DNA from: an uncultured virus (IMG/VR IMGVR_UViG_3300027782_000069)
Taxonomy: Duplodnaviria > Heunggongvirae > Uroviricota > Caudoviricetes
Length of the DNA stretch: 64,000 bases
IMG/VR virus record: IMGVR_UViG_3300027782_000069
Reading direction: 5' to 3' (one strand)
Under the pieces are notes generated by a model, which was not told the origin of the DNA, made no database searches, and worked only from the letters and a program-made list of their open reading frames with translations. A program made the position numbers and the translations under genes. How positions within the stretch are numbered: position 1 is the stretch's first letter; every line of letters begins with the position of its first letter. Shown here piece after piece: positions 44,349 to 54,644 of this stretch.

Positions 44349-45218
44349 ATGAACGAACTATCAGAACTTTTTAAATTAGTAGCACAAGAAAAGAAACAAA
44401 AAAGAGAAGAATATGAATCTTTAGTCTGTGACTTGGGATTAGATTCTGTTTTTGAAGAAGTTTCTATTCTGAAAACTAAAAGTAAAATAAAAAATAAAAA
44501 AGGTGATAAGGCACTCAAAGTATTTGAGGATTTACTATCATCTAGAGAGATGGAACCAAATATTGAAGAAGAAATTGAAGAAATTTTTGAAGTATTGATG
44601 GATCATAAAGAAGAACCTAAAACAGAACTGATTGAAAGATCATTAGGTCTTCTTGCAGAACCTTCAAATGTTAAACAAAATAATGATCCATTAACTCCAT
44701 TAGACCAAAAGTTTGCAACACTTGATGATTTACAGAAACATTACAGTACTTTCCTTTCTCGTATTCAACAACAACTCTCCACATTAGGTGGAGGAGGAGA
44801 AACCAGATTAAGATACTTAGATGATATTGTAGGTATTGCAACGAATTCTGGTGTTTATAATAATAAATTTTTACAATGGAATTCTACAACAAATAAAGCA
44901 GAGTTTGTTGATCCAAATGATGTTGGTGGAACAACGATTGTTAATATTTCCGGTATTACCACTTACTATCAGGTATCAAATGCTGATGATTATATTGGTG
45001 TAAATGCAAATGTTCCAGTAACAATAGTCCTTCCAACATCTCCAAATACTGGTAAAAAACTTATCGTAAAAGACGAGGGTAATAAGATTGCTACATACAA
45101 TATAACAGTCCAGGCAGGTGCTGGAACAAGTGTAGAGAATGATAGTTCAGTTATTATGACTATCAATCATCAAAGTTTTACTTATTTTTACAATGGTTCT
45201 AATTGGTTCTTAATCTAA
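44349..45218 (+). CDS. hypothetical virion-associated protein
   Basis: STLGGGGETRL.YLDD; C-terminal ADDYIGVN...LP...VKDEG beta domain. Confidence 0.7.
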   Translation: MNELSELFKLVAQEKKQKREEYESLVCDLGLDSVFEEVSILKTKSKIKNKKGDKALKVFEDLLSSREMEPNIEEEIEEIFEVLMDHKEEPKTELIERSLGLLAEPSNVKQNNDPLTPLDQKFATLDDLQKHYSTFLSRIQQQLSTLGGGGETRLRYLDDIVGIATNSGVYNNKFLQWNSTTNKAEFVDPNDVGGTTIVNISGITTYYQVSNADDYIGVNANVPVTIVLPTSPNTGKKLIVKDEGNKIATYNITVQAGAGTSVENDSSVIMTINHQSFTYFYNGSNWFLI

Positions 45219-45219
45219 T

Positions 45220-45996
45220 ATGTCTTATAATCCACTTCCCCAACCAGCACAATCCGTAGTTTTTACTGGGGCAGGAAATACAGTAGTAAGTTTTTCCAAT
45301 CCATTTCCAGTATCGTTGGGTTCTTCCAATATTACGATTACTGGTAATGTAAATGTTGGAACCACAGTATCAGTCACAAGTTCTCCACAAAATCCAAATC
45401 ATGTACATCTTACAGAAGTTGGAACATCAGGAATTCTAACAACACCATACCTTCCAGTAGGTATATCAACTTTTAATAATACTATAATTATTGAAGAACC
45501 TGCAGGAAGTTTATATGCCTTTAACAATCACGCAACAAATACAAATCGTGGTTGGACTATGGATGATACAATGAGACCTGTAATGAGTATTAGAGTGAAT
45601 AGTTCTGGAACTACTACATCAGACTTGGCAGAAATTGTTGATTATCAACTTGGAAATAATAATGCAAATCAAAGCACTATCATCTATGAGTGGTATGAAG
45701 GTAATATTAATATTGCTGGAGCAGCAATTCCTGATTGGACTTCATTAGGAACAAAATTACAATATAGAATATATCAAGATAAGTATAGTAGTAATGCGGG
45801 AAATACCTTCACACAAAATAGTTCTATTTTAAGACATACTGGAATTGTTATTGGAAAAAATGCTGATAGTGATGAGGGCCCGTCAACTTTATATGGAGGA
45901 GCAACTCCAAATATGCTCACTCTTTGTATAAGAAGAGTTGATAATGCAACAAAATTGGATATTTGGTTTGCTTTTACTTGTAAGGAATTATCGTAA
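45220..45996 (+). CDS. hypothetical protein
   Basis: 258-aa T/S/N-rich ORF. Confidence 0.7.
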   Translation: MSYNPLPQPAQSVVFTGAGNTVVSFSNPFPVSLGSSNITITGNVNVGTTVSVTSSPQNPNHVHLTEVGTSGILTTPYLPVGISTFNNTIIIEEPAGSLYAFNNHATNTNRGWTMDDTMRPVMSIRVNSSGTTTSDLAEIVDYQLGNNNANQSTIIYEWYEGNINIAGAAIPDWTSLGTKLQYRIYQDKYSSNAGNTFTQNSSILRHTGIVIGKNADSDEGPSTLYGGATPNMLTLCIRRVDNATKLDIWFAFTCKELS

Positions 45997-46043
45997 ATAG
46001 TAATAATTACTTCTATGAATGTTATTAAAAACTGGTAAAAATT

Positions 46044-47693
46044 ATGGCTGATAATATTTACTTAGGTAACCCAAACCTGAAAAGGGCAAATACCCAGATT
46101 GAGTTTACGGAAGAACAAATCTATGAGTTCTTAAAGTGTAAGGAAGATCCAGTATATTTTGCACGAAATTATATTAAGATTGTTACTCTTGATCACGGAC
46201 TACAACCTTTTAGAATGTATCCGTTCCAAGAGAAGTTAATTAGTAATTTCCACGAGCACAGATTCAATATCTGCAAGATGCCTCGTCAGACAGGTAAATC
46301 TACAACTTGTGTATCATACCTATTACATTATGCAGTCTTTAATGATAATGTAAATATTGCTATTCTGGCAAACAAGGCATCCACGGCAAGAGATCTTCTC
46401 AATAGATTGCAACTTGCTTATGAGAACTTACCCAAGTGGATGCAGCAGGGTGTGATATCCTGGAACAAAGGTTCTTTGGAACTTGAGAATGGTTCTAAAA
46501 TATCATCAAACTCCACATCATCATCTGCCGTTCGTGGTGGTTCATACAACATCATTTTCTTGGACGAATTTGCATTCATTCCAAATCACATCGCTGATGA
46601 CTTCTTTGCATCGGTTTATCCTACAATTTCTTCTGGTCAAAGCACGAAGGTAATTATTGTTTCTACCCCACGTGGTATGAATCACTTCTACCGTATGTGG
46701 CACGATGCTGAACGGGGTAAAAATAGTTATGTTCCAACAGATGTTCATTGGTCAGAGGTTCCAGGTAGAGATGAAAAATGGAAGCAGCAGACGATTGATA
46801 ATACTAGCGAACAGCAGTTTAAGGTTGAGTTTGAGTGCGAATTTTTAGGTTCTGTAAATACACTCATCAATCCAGCAAAACTTAGAAATCTTGTATATGA
46901 AGACCCAATCAAGAAAAATGCAGGATTGGATGTTTATGAAGAAGCAAAGGAAGAAAATAACTATCTAATCACCGTTGACGTGGCAAGGGGAATTGGTAAT
47001 GATTACTCGGCATTTATTGTTTTTGATATTACAAACTTTCCATACAAGATTGTAGCAAAGTATAGAAATAATGAAATTAAACCAATGATGTTCCCAAGTG
47101 TCATTCACCAAGTGGCAAAGGGTTATAATGATGCCTGGTTATTGGTTGAAGTCAATGATATTGGTGACCAGGTTGCGAGCATTCTACAATATGATCTTGA
47201 GTATGATAATGTGCTGATGTGTGCGATGAGAGGTCGTGCAGGGCAGATTGTGGGTTCTGGTTTTTCTGGTAAGAAGTCCCAACTTGGAGTCAGAACAACT
47301 GCGGCAGTTAAAAAATTAGGATGCTCCAATTTAAAGACATTATTGGAGGATGATAAATTACTTGTATGTGATTATGATATCATCGCAGAACTCACAACAT
47401 TCGCTCAAAGGGGCAATTCATTTGAGGCAGAGGAAGGTTGTAACGATGACCTTGCAATGTGCCTGGTTATATTCTCTTGGTTAGTCGCACAAGACTACTT
47501 TAAGGAAATGACGGATAACGATGTTCGTAAGAGAATTTATGAGGAACAAAAGAATCAAATTGACCAAGATATGGCTCCATTTGGATTTATCTCTGATGGT
47601 ATTGATGAAATGACAAGTTTTGTAGATCATTCAGGAGATCGTTGGCATTTGGACGAGTATGGTGATCGCTCATATATGTGGGACTATTTGTAA
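46044..47693 (+). CDS. gp17: terminase large subunit gp17
   Basis: PRQTGKST Walker A, FLDEFAF Walker B, STPRG, DVARG, NDDLAM. Confidence 0.96.
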   Translation: MADNIYLGNPNLKRANTQIEFTEEQIYEFLKCKEDPVYFARNYIKIVTLDHGLQPFRMYPFQEKLISNFHEHRFNICKMPRQTGKSTTCVSYLLHYAVFNDNVNIAILANKASTARDLLNRLQLAYENLPKWMQQGVISWNKGSLELENGSKISSNSTSSSAVRGGSYNIIFLDEFAFIPNHIADDFFASVYPTISSGQSTKVIIVSTPRGMNHFYRMWHDAERGKNSYVPTDVHWSEVPGRDEKWKQQTIDNTSEQQFKVEFECEFLGSVNTLINPAKLRNLVYEDPIKKNAGLDVYEEAKEENNYLITVDVARGIGNDYSAFIVFDITNFPYKIVAKYRNNEIKPMMFPSVIHQVAKGYNDAWLLVEVNDIGDQVASILQYDLEYDNVLMCAMRGRAGQIVGSGFSGKKSQLGVRTTAAVKKLGCSNLKTLLEDDKLLVCDYDIIAELTTFAQRGNSFEAEEGCNDDLAMCLVIFSWLVAQDYFKEMTDNDVRKRIYEEQKNQIDQDMAPFGFISDGIDEMTSFVDHSGDRWHLDEYGDRSYMWDYL

Positions 47694-47704
47694 TACAGGT
47701 AATT

Positions 47705-47712
47705 TATAAATA
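47705..47712 (+). promoter_or_regulatory. T4-type late promoter
   Basis: TATAAATA upstream of gp18. Confidence 0.8.
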
Positions 47713-47749
47713 TTTCTAGAATACATTGGCCTTGTAGGGGAGAATAAAG

Positions 47750-49918
47750 ATGCCGCTTAATTTAGCATCTCCTGGAATTGTAGTAAGAGAGGTTGATTTA
47801 ACTATTGGTAGAGTTGATCCAGCTTCTGGTTCAATTGGCGCGATTGTAGCACCTTTTGCAAAGGGACCAGTCGACTACCCCCAACTCATTGAAAATGAGG
47901 ATGATCTTTATAAAACTTTTGGACAACCATACTCGACAGATAAACATTATGAGCATTGGATGGTGGCTTCATCATATCTTGCATATGGTGGAACATTGAG
48001 AGTAGTTAGAGCAGATGACGATTCACTTAAGAACGCATTTGTTGGAGCAGCATCAAGCATCAAAATTAAGAGTGAAGAGCATTATAACCAGTTAGGATAT
48101 GATGAAAATACCATCACGAATGTAACATTTGCCGCAAGCAATCCTGGTTCTTGGGCAAATGATATTAAAGTTGCTATTATTGATGCTAAGGCAGACCAGA
48201 TTATCACTGGTGTTAGCACATCTAGTGTTTTAGTTGGATATGGATTTACTCAAGCAGTTCCAACAGGAACCGTTCTTCCAGGTGCTGGATCAACTTCAGT
48301 AATTGGTGGATACTTTAAAGGAGTTATTACTGAGATTGGATCTGGTAGACTCGGAGCAAAGATAGTAAGTCACGTTTCCACAGCAGGAACTGTAACAGCA
48401 GTTGATTATCAACCATCTGGTGTTTATACACTTTCAAATACTGGAAACGTTGCAATTCACACTAATGGAGTTGGAACTGCATTTACTACAAGATCATATA
48501 CTGGACAACTTGATTGGTTTGAAGAGCAGTATATTACTTTAACTACAGGAACAATTGAATGGGATTCTATTGCAAATAGACCATCAACTTCAACATATGC
48601 TGCATCTAGAGGATCCAGATTTGATGAAGTTCACGTTGTTCTGATTGATGATAAAGGAACTGTTACTGGAAATGCTGGAACAATTCTAGAGAAGCACCTT
48701 TCACTATCTAAGGCAAAGGATGGGGAGTATTCTGTAGGAAGTCCTTCATACTGGAGAAAGTATCTAGCAACTAACTCTCAGTTTATTTTTGGAGGTTCTC
48801 AACCTGTTGGTGTTGTAACAACTGGATTTAGTGCCGCTGGAAATGCCACTTTTACTCTCACAGCAGATGGTGGATGGGATCAAAATGCAGATAATGTAAT
48901 CTTCAATTCTTCTGGATCAAATACTTATACACTATCTGGTGGCAAAAACTATGATGGTGGAACAAATCTAACAACTTCTGGGGCATTATCCTCAGGTCTT
49001 GATGATATCATCACTGGTTATACACTATTTGAAAATACAGAAAGTTATGTTGTTGATTTCATCCTAATGGGATCTGCCAACTATCCAAAAGAAACAGCTC
49101 AAGCACTTGCAAATAAAGTAATTGCTGTTGCCGAAACAAGAAAAGATGCAATCGCATTTGTTTCTCCATACAGACAGGCATTCATAAATGATTCATCGGT
49201 TGGAACGGTAACAGTTAATAACATTGACACGATTACAAATAATGTAATCAGTTTCTTTGCTCCTATCACATCAACAACTTATGGAGTTTTTGATAGTGGT
49301 TATAAGTATATGTACGATAGATTCAATGATACATTTAGATATGTTCCATTGAATGGTGACATTGCAGGAACCTGCGCTAGAAATGATATCAACCAATTCC
49401 CATGGTTCTCACCAGCAGGAACCTCTAGGGGTGCTATCTTAAATGCGGTTAAACTTGCATACAATCCAGGTAGAGTTCAAAGAGATAAATTATATTCGAA
49501 TAGAATTAACCCAGTAATTTTCTCACCAGGATCTGGTATTATTCTGTTTGGTGATAAGACTGGTTATGGCAAATCTTCAGCATTTGATAGAATAAACGTT
49601 AGACGTTTGTTCATCTATCTTGAAGATGCTATCAGTTTTGCGGCAAAGGATCAACTTTTCGAGTTCAACGATGAGATCACAAGAACTAACTTTGTAAATA
49701 TCATTGAACCATTCCTCCGCGATGTTCAATCTAAGAGGGGTATTTTTGATTATGTTGTTATTTGCGATGAAACAAACAATACCGCTGCAGTTATTGACAG
49801 TAACGAATTTGTTGCTGATATTTACATTAAACCTGCAAGATCGATCAACTTCATCGGTCTAACCTTCATTGCCACCAGAACTGGTGTTGCTTTTGAAGAA
49901 GTAATCGGATCAGTTTAA
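47750..49918 (+). CDS. gp18: tail sheath protein gp18
   Basis: SPGIVVREVDLT, PWFSPAG..RG, FDRINVRRLF, IKPARSINFI. Confidence 0.96.
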   Translation: MPLNLASPGIVVREVDLTIGRVDPASGSIGAIVAPFAKGPVDYPQLIENEDDLYKTFGQPYSTDKHYEHWMVASSYLAYGGTLRVVRADDDSLKNAFVGAASSIKIKSEEHYNQLGYDENTITNVTFAASNPGSWANDIKVAIIDAKADQIITGVSTSSVLVGYGFTQAVPTGTVLPGAGSTSVIGGYFKGVITEIGSGRLGAKIVSHVSTAGTVTAVDYQPSGVYTLSNTGNVAIHTNGVGTAFTTRSYTGQLDWFEEQYITLTTGTIEWDSIANRPSTSTYAASRGSRFDEVHVVLIDDKGTVTGNAGTILEKHLSLSKAKDGEYSVGSPSYWRKYLATNSQFIFGGSQPVGVVTTGFSAAGNATFTLTADGGWDQNADNVIFNSSGSNTYTLSGGKNYDGGTNLTTSGALSSGLDDIITGYTLFENTESYVVDFILMGSANYPKETAQALANKVIAVAETRKDAIAFVSPYRQAFINDSSVGTVTVNNIDTITNNVISFFAPITSTTYGVFDSGYKYMYDRFNDTFRYVPLNGDIAGTCARNDINQFPWFSPAGTSRGAILNAVKLAYNPGRVQRDKLYSNRINPVIFSPGSGIILFGDKTGYGKSSAFDRINVRRLFIYLEDAISFAAKDQLFEFNDEITRTNFVNIIEPFLRDVQSKRGIFDYVVICDETNNTAAVIDSNEFVADIYIKPARSINFIGLTFIATRTGVAFEEVIGSV

Positions 49919-49941
49919 TTAACTTAGAGGTTTAAACAACT

Positions 49942-50532
49942 ATGGCAACTAGAAATCAACTAAATCCACCCCCTTTAAGAAAGATTACCGACTTCAAGAG
50001 TAAGCTTACTGGTGGTGGTGCTCGCTCAAACCTCTTTGAGGTTGTACTTTCATTTCCAGATGCTGCTCAGGCAGATGCTGCAGTTCTTGATAAAGCAAGG
50101 TTTTTGGTAAAAGGTGCAAATCTTCCCGCTTCCAACGTTGCTCAGATCGAAGTTCCTTTTAGAGGAAGAGTTCTAAAAATTGCTGGAGATAGAACCTTTG
50201 ATTCTTGGACCGTAACTGTTATTAATGATACTGATTTTGCAATCCGTTCCGCATTTGAGAACTGGATGAATAAAATCAATAGAGTTTCTGATAACACTGG
50301 TTTAACAAACCCAGCATCATATCAGGCAGACGCATACGTTTACCAACTTGATCGTACTGGAGAAACTTTGAGAGCATATCATTTCTATGATGTATTCCCA
50401 ACTCAGGTTGCACCAATCGATCTTTCATATGATTCTCAAGGTATTCAAGAATTTACCGTAGAACTTCAAGTTCAATGGTGGGAAGCAGTTAAAGGAAATG
50501 CTGCTAATGCAGGTGGTCAAGACATCAACTAA
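49942..50532 (+). CDS. gp19: tail tube protein gp19
   Basis: GGARSNLFEV, PFRGR.LKIAGDRTF..WTVT. Confidence 0.95.
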   Translation: MATRNQLNPPPLRKITDFKSKLTGGGARSNLFEVVLSFPDAAQADAAVLDKARFLVKGANLPASNVAQIEVPFRGRVLKIAGDRTFDSWTVTVINDTDFAIRSAFENWMNKINRVSDNTGLTNPASYQADAYVYQLDRTGETLRAYHFYDVFPTQVAPIDLSYDSQGIQEFTVELQVQWWEAVKGNAANAGGQDIN

Positions 50533-50564
50533 ATAGAATATAACAAGAGTTCACAGATTATACT

Positions 50565-52262
50565 ATGGCAAAACTTTTTGGGTTTTCTATTGACGAACCA
50601 AAAAAATCACCATCAATAGTATCCCCCGTCCCACCTAACAATGACGACGGGGTTGATAACTATATTGCTAGTGGTTTTTATGGACAATATGTTGACATTG
50701 AGGGAGTATATCGCACAGAACACGATCTGATTAAGAGATATCGTGAAATGGCAATTCATCCAGAGTGTGATGGTGCCATTGAGGATGTTGTAAATGAGGC
50801 ATTGGTAAGTGATTTATATGATTCTCCAGTAGAAATCGAACTATCCAATCTTAACGCAAGCGATAGTTTAAAAAAAGTTATTAGAAACGAATTTAAATAT
50901 ATAAAAGAAATCATGGACTTTGACAGAAAGTGCCATGAGATTTTTAGAAACTGGTATATTGATGGAAGAGTTTATTATTTGAAAGTTATTGATACCAAAA
51001 ATCCTCAATTTGGAATTCAAGAATTGAGGTATATTGATCCGATGAAGATGCGATATATTCGCCAAGAGAAGAAACCTTCCAAAAAAGATTTAGTCACACT
51101 CAACACTATTCATCAAAATGAGAAATCTATAAATGTTGAGATTGATGAGTATTTTATGTACACACCAACTCCAAATTATCCAACAGGGATGATATCTGGT
51201 GCAGGTGGACAAAAGGCAATTAAGATAGCAAAGGATTCCATTTCTTATTGCACTTCTGGACTAGTCGATAGAAATAAAGGAACTATACTCTCATATCTCC
51301 ATAAAGCAATTAAAGCACTCAATCAACTTAGAATGATTGAAGATTCTTTGGTTATCTATAGATTATCGAGAGCACCAGAACGACGTATTTTTTACATTGA
51401 TGTAGGTAATCTACCCAAGGTAAAGGCGGAGCAATACCTTAAAGAGGTTATGAACCGTTATCGCAATAAACTTGTATATGATGCAAACACTGGTGAAGTA
51501 CGTGATGATCGCAAGTTTATGTCGATGCTAGAGGATTTCTGGCTTCCACGTAGAGAAGGTGGTCGTGGCACAGAAATTACCACTCTTCCGGGAGGACAGA
51601 ATCTTGGAGAACTTGCTGATATTGAATATTTCCAAAAGAAACTTTACAGAGCACTTGGAGTTCCAGAATCTAGAATTGCTTCCGATGGTGGATTCAATTT
51701 AGGTCGTTCTTCCGAAATTCTTAGGGATGAACTTAAGTTTTCAAAATTTGTTGGACGTTTGAGGAAAAGATTTTCTCAAATGTTTAATGATATGCTTCGT
51801 ACTCAACTTATTTTGAAGAATATTATTTCTCCAGAAGACTGGGATATGATGTCGGACCATATACAATATGATTTTCTTTATGATAATCAGTTTGCAGAAC
51901 TAAAAGAATCTGAACTAGTAAATGGAAGATTAGCAACTCTTGCAACTATTGAACCATATATTGGAAAATATTTTTCTCAAGAATATGTTCGCAAAAGAAT
52001 TCTTCGTCAAACTGATTCTGAAATTATTGAGATTGATGAACAGATTGAAAAAGAGATTAAAGATGGCACTTTACCAGATCCATCTACGATTGATCCGATT
52101 ACAGGTCAACCACTTCCTCCAGCAGCACCAGAAGGAACTGGATATGGAACGGAAGGAATGGGTCAAAATGGTATGGATATGGGACAAATTCCACAAGAAC
52201 CAACGATTGACCAACAATCTGATGCTGATATGCAAAAAGATGCCAAGAAAGCTGAAATATAA
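50565..52262 (+). CDS. gp20: portal vertex protein gp20
   Basis: IYRLSRAPERRIFYIDVGNLP, EDFWLPRREGGRGTEI. Confidence 0.97.
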   Translation: MAKLFGFSIDEPKKSPSIVSPVPPNNDDGVDNYIASGFYGQYVDIEGVYRTEHDLIKRYREMAIHPECDGAIEDVVNEALVSDLYDSPVEIELSNLNASDSLKKVIRNEFKYIKEIMDFDRKCHEIFRNWYIDGRVYYLKVIDTKNPQFGIQELRYIDPMKMRYIRQEKKPSKKDLVTLNTIHQNEKSINVEIDEYFMYTPTPNYPTGMISGAGGQKAIKIAKDSISYCTSGLVDRNKGTILSYLHKAIKALNQLRMIEDSLVIYRLSRAPERRIFYIDVGNLPKVKAEQYLKEVMNRYRNKLVYDANTGEVRDDRKFMSMLEDFWLPRREGGRGTEITTLPGGQNLGELADIEYFQKKLYRALGVPESRIASDGGFNLGRSSEILRDELKFSKFVGRLRKRFSQMFNDMLRTQLILKNIISPEDWDMMSDHIQYDFLYDNQFAELKESELVNGRLATLATIEPYIGKYFSQEYVRKRILRQTDSEIIEIDEQIEKEIKDGTLPDPSTIDPITGQPLPPAAPEGTGYGTEGMGQNGMDMGQIPQEPTIDQQSDADMQKDAKKAEI

Positions 52263-52289
52263 ATAGAAGATAGACATATACCTAATTTT

Positions 52290-52460
52290 ATGGAAGAAAT
52301 CATCGATTTGATTGCAACAGATTCTTCAGCCTCAGATGTTAGCGATAAAATTAAACAAGTTTTATTTGCTAAAGCTGCGGAGAGAATTGAGACTGCAAGA
52401 CCTTTAGTATCTTCAACAATGTTTGATGAAACTGAAGACACCTCAGAGGATCAAGAATAA
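52290..52460 (+). CDS. 56-aa acidic protein (prohead core position; not in ORF track)
   Basis: follows TATAAATA at 52258-52265; MEEIIDLIATDSSASDVSDKIKQVLFAKAAERIE. Confidence 0.7.
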   Translation: MEEIIDLIATDSSASDVSDKIKQVLFAKAAERIETARPLVSSTMFDETEDTSEDQE

Positions 52461-52726
52461 TGCAAATTACTAAGATTATTCTTACTGAAGAAACAACAGG
52501 AACTTCATCTGGTGCAGCAACAAGTATTAGTTCTGCAACTTGTGTTCGTTTATGTAATGCAACCAGCGGTTCTATTACCGTTGGAATCAATACAAGAGTG
52601 GGAGCAGCAACGACTAATTTTTTCACTATTCCCCAATACTCTGTTGAATTTTTACAAAAACTTCCAACAGATGTTATTTGGACAAACAGTGCAATTAAAG
52701 CAAATCAAGTAGCATTCACAAACTAA
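52460..52726 (+). CDS. hypothetical protein
   Basis: TAATG-coupled, between gp20 and gp21. Confidence 0.7.
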   Translation: MQITKIILTEETTGTSSGAATSISSATCVRLCNATSGSITVGINTRVGAATTNFFTIPQYSVEFLQKLPTDVIWTNSAIKANQVAFTN

Positions 52727-52727
52727 A

Positions 52728-53378
52728 ATGAAACTCATCACAGAAGAAGTATCCCAGGTTAAGTTCATCACCGAGGGAAGAGGTACTCAAAAGAAAATGT
52801 TCATTGAAGGAGTTTTCCTTCAAGGTGATATCTGCAATCGTAATGGCAGAATGTATCCAATGCAAACTCTTGCTCGTGAAGTAGCAAGATATAATGAATC
52901 ATTTATTTGCAAAGGTCGTGCTCTTGGAGAACTCGGTCATCCTGATGGACCTACCGTCAATCTTGATCGTGTTTCTCATAAAATTGTTTCCCTCGAACAA
53001 AAAGGATGCAATTTCATTGGTAAGGCACAACTTCTTGAAACACCAATGGGTAAGATTGCAAAATCTCTCATTGGTGAGGGTGTTTGCCTTGGTGTTTCTT
53101 CTCGTGGTGTTGGTTCTCTTCGTATGACCAATGAAGGTCATAAAATTGTTGGCGAAGATTTCATGTTAGCAACTGCTGCTGATATTGTTGCCGATCCTTC
53201 CGCTCCTGATGCTTTTGTTCAGGGAATTATGGAAGGTAAGGAGTGGGTTTGGGAAGGCGGAATCCTTCGTGAAAAGATTGCCGAACAAACTCAACGTAGA
53301 ATTAATACATTAGTTGATGAAAGAACACTTCAGGAACATAAAGTTGAATTGTTCCAAGATTTTCTTTCAAATCTTTAA
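52728..53378 (+). CDS. gp21: prohead protease gp21
   Basis: NRNGRMYP, ALGELGHP, GVSSRGVGS, DIVADPSAPDA. Confidence 0.96.
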   Translation: MKLITEEVSQVKFITEGRGTQKKMFIEGVFLQGDICNRNGRMYPMQTLAREVARYNESFICKGRALGELGHPDGPTVNLDRVSHKIVSLEQKGCNFIGKAQLLETPMGKIAKSLIGEGVCLGVSSRGVGSLRMTNEGHKIVGEDFMLATAADIVADPSAPDAFVQGIMEGKEWVWEGGILREKIAEQTQRRINTLVDERTLQEHKVELFQDFLSNL

Positions 53379-53415
53379 ATTATAAATAAATATAGATTAT
53401 AACACAATCAAACAA

Positions 53416-54591
53416 ATGTCCGTTGGTAGCAATTTACAAGAAATGGAAAACGTAGTAACCAAAGGCGCTGCACAATCTGAACCAATGCAAAAGTTGTCCA
53501 CGGGTATTGCTCCTGGGCAAACTGGAGGTTGGGAAGATTTGGGTGGTCCTACTCCAGATAATTATCGCCCAGACGATGATTCCGCAAAACTTAACACTCC
53601 TGGAGCAACTCTTGCACAAGTCAAGAATGTTGTTAATGCAAAAGCTGCTGCAGCAGAAGAAATGAAGTGTGTTGCAAAGGAAGAAGTTGAAACCGACGAG
53701 GAAGTTCTAGAAGAAGAAGAAATCCTCGAAGCGGCTAAAGAAGAAGATGATGAGGAAGAAGACGCACCCAAGAAAAAGAAGAAGAAAAAGGGTGAAGATG
53801 ATGAGAAAGATGAGGATAAAGAAGAAGATGAAGATGATTGTGGAATGAAGGAAGAGTATGATATCGAAGAAGATGTCAATGCTCTCCTTTCAGGTGAGGA
53901 GCTTTCTGAGGAATTCCAAGAGAAAGCACGCACCATCTTTGAGGCAGCAATCAAATCTAAGGTTGCTGAAATTAAAGAAGATCTACAGGCAGCATATGAA
54001 GTTGCACTTGTAGAAGAAATCGAAGCAATCAAAGAAGGTCTTACTGACCGTGTTGATGCTTATCTTGAGTATGTTGCTGACGAGTGGATTCAAGAGAATG
54101 CACTCGCAGTTGAGCACGGTCTTAAGACCGAAATGACCGAATCATTCCTTGCTGGAATGAAGGGTCTTTTTGAAGATCATTATGTTTCAATCCCTGAAGA
54201 TAGATATGATGTAATCGAGAGTATGGTAGATAAACTAGATGAAATGGAGTCAAAACTCAACGAGCAAATTCAAAGAAATGTTGCTCTGAATAGAAGATTA
54301 GCAGAGTCGGTTGCTGATGTAATTTTTGCAGATGTCGCTGAGGGTCTTGCACTTTCTCAGAAGGACAAACTCGCTTCTCTCGCTGAAAATGTTGAGTTTG
54401 AAAGTGAAGCAGAATATCGTGAGAAACTGGCAACTTTAAGGGAATCTTATTTCCCATCTAGAGGTACTAGTGCTCAAAGAGATTACTCAGAGAATTTATC
54501 TGAAAGCACAGATGTGCAACTCCAACAACCAGAAGTTTCTGGAATTATGGGAGCATATTTACAAACTCTGAGTAGAGTTTCTAAAAAGTGA
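53416..54591 (+). CDS. gp22: prohead core scaffold gp22
   Basis: LSEEFQEKARTIFEAA, YLEYVADEW; TATAAATA at 53381. Confidence 0.9.
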   Translation: MSVGSNLQEMENVVTKGAAQSEPMQKLSTGIAPGQTGGWEDLGGPTPDNYRPDDDSAKLNTPGATLAQVKNVVNAKAAAAEEMKCVAKEEVETDEEVLEEEEILEAAKEEDDEEEDAPKKKKKKKGEDDEKDEDKEEDEDDCGMKEEYDIEEDVNALLSGEELSEEFQEKARTIFEAAIKSKVAEIKEDLQAAYEVALVEEIEAIKEGLTDRVDAYLEYVADEWIQENALAVEHGLKTEMTESFLAGMKGLFEDHYVSIPEDRYDVIESMVDKLDEMESKLNEQIQRNVALNRRLAESVADVIFADVAEGLALSQKDKLASLAENVEFESEAEYREKLATLRESYFPSRGTSAQRDYSENLSESTDVQLQQPEVSGIMGAYLQTLSRVSKK

Positions 54592-54644
54592 TTTTTAGAT
54601 TATAAACACTCAAACAACAACAATTTTTAAAGAGGTAAAATCAA

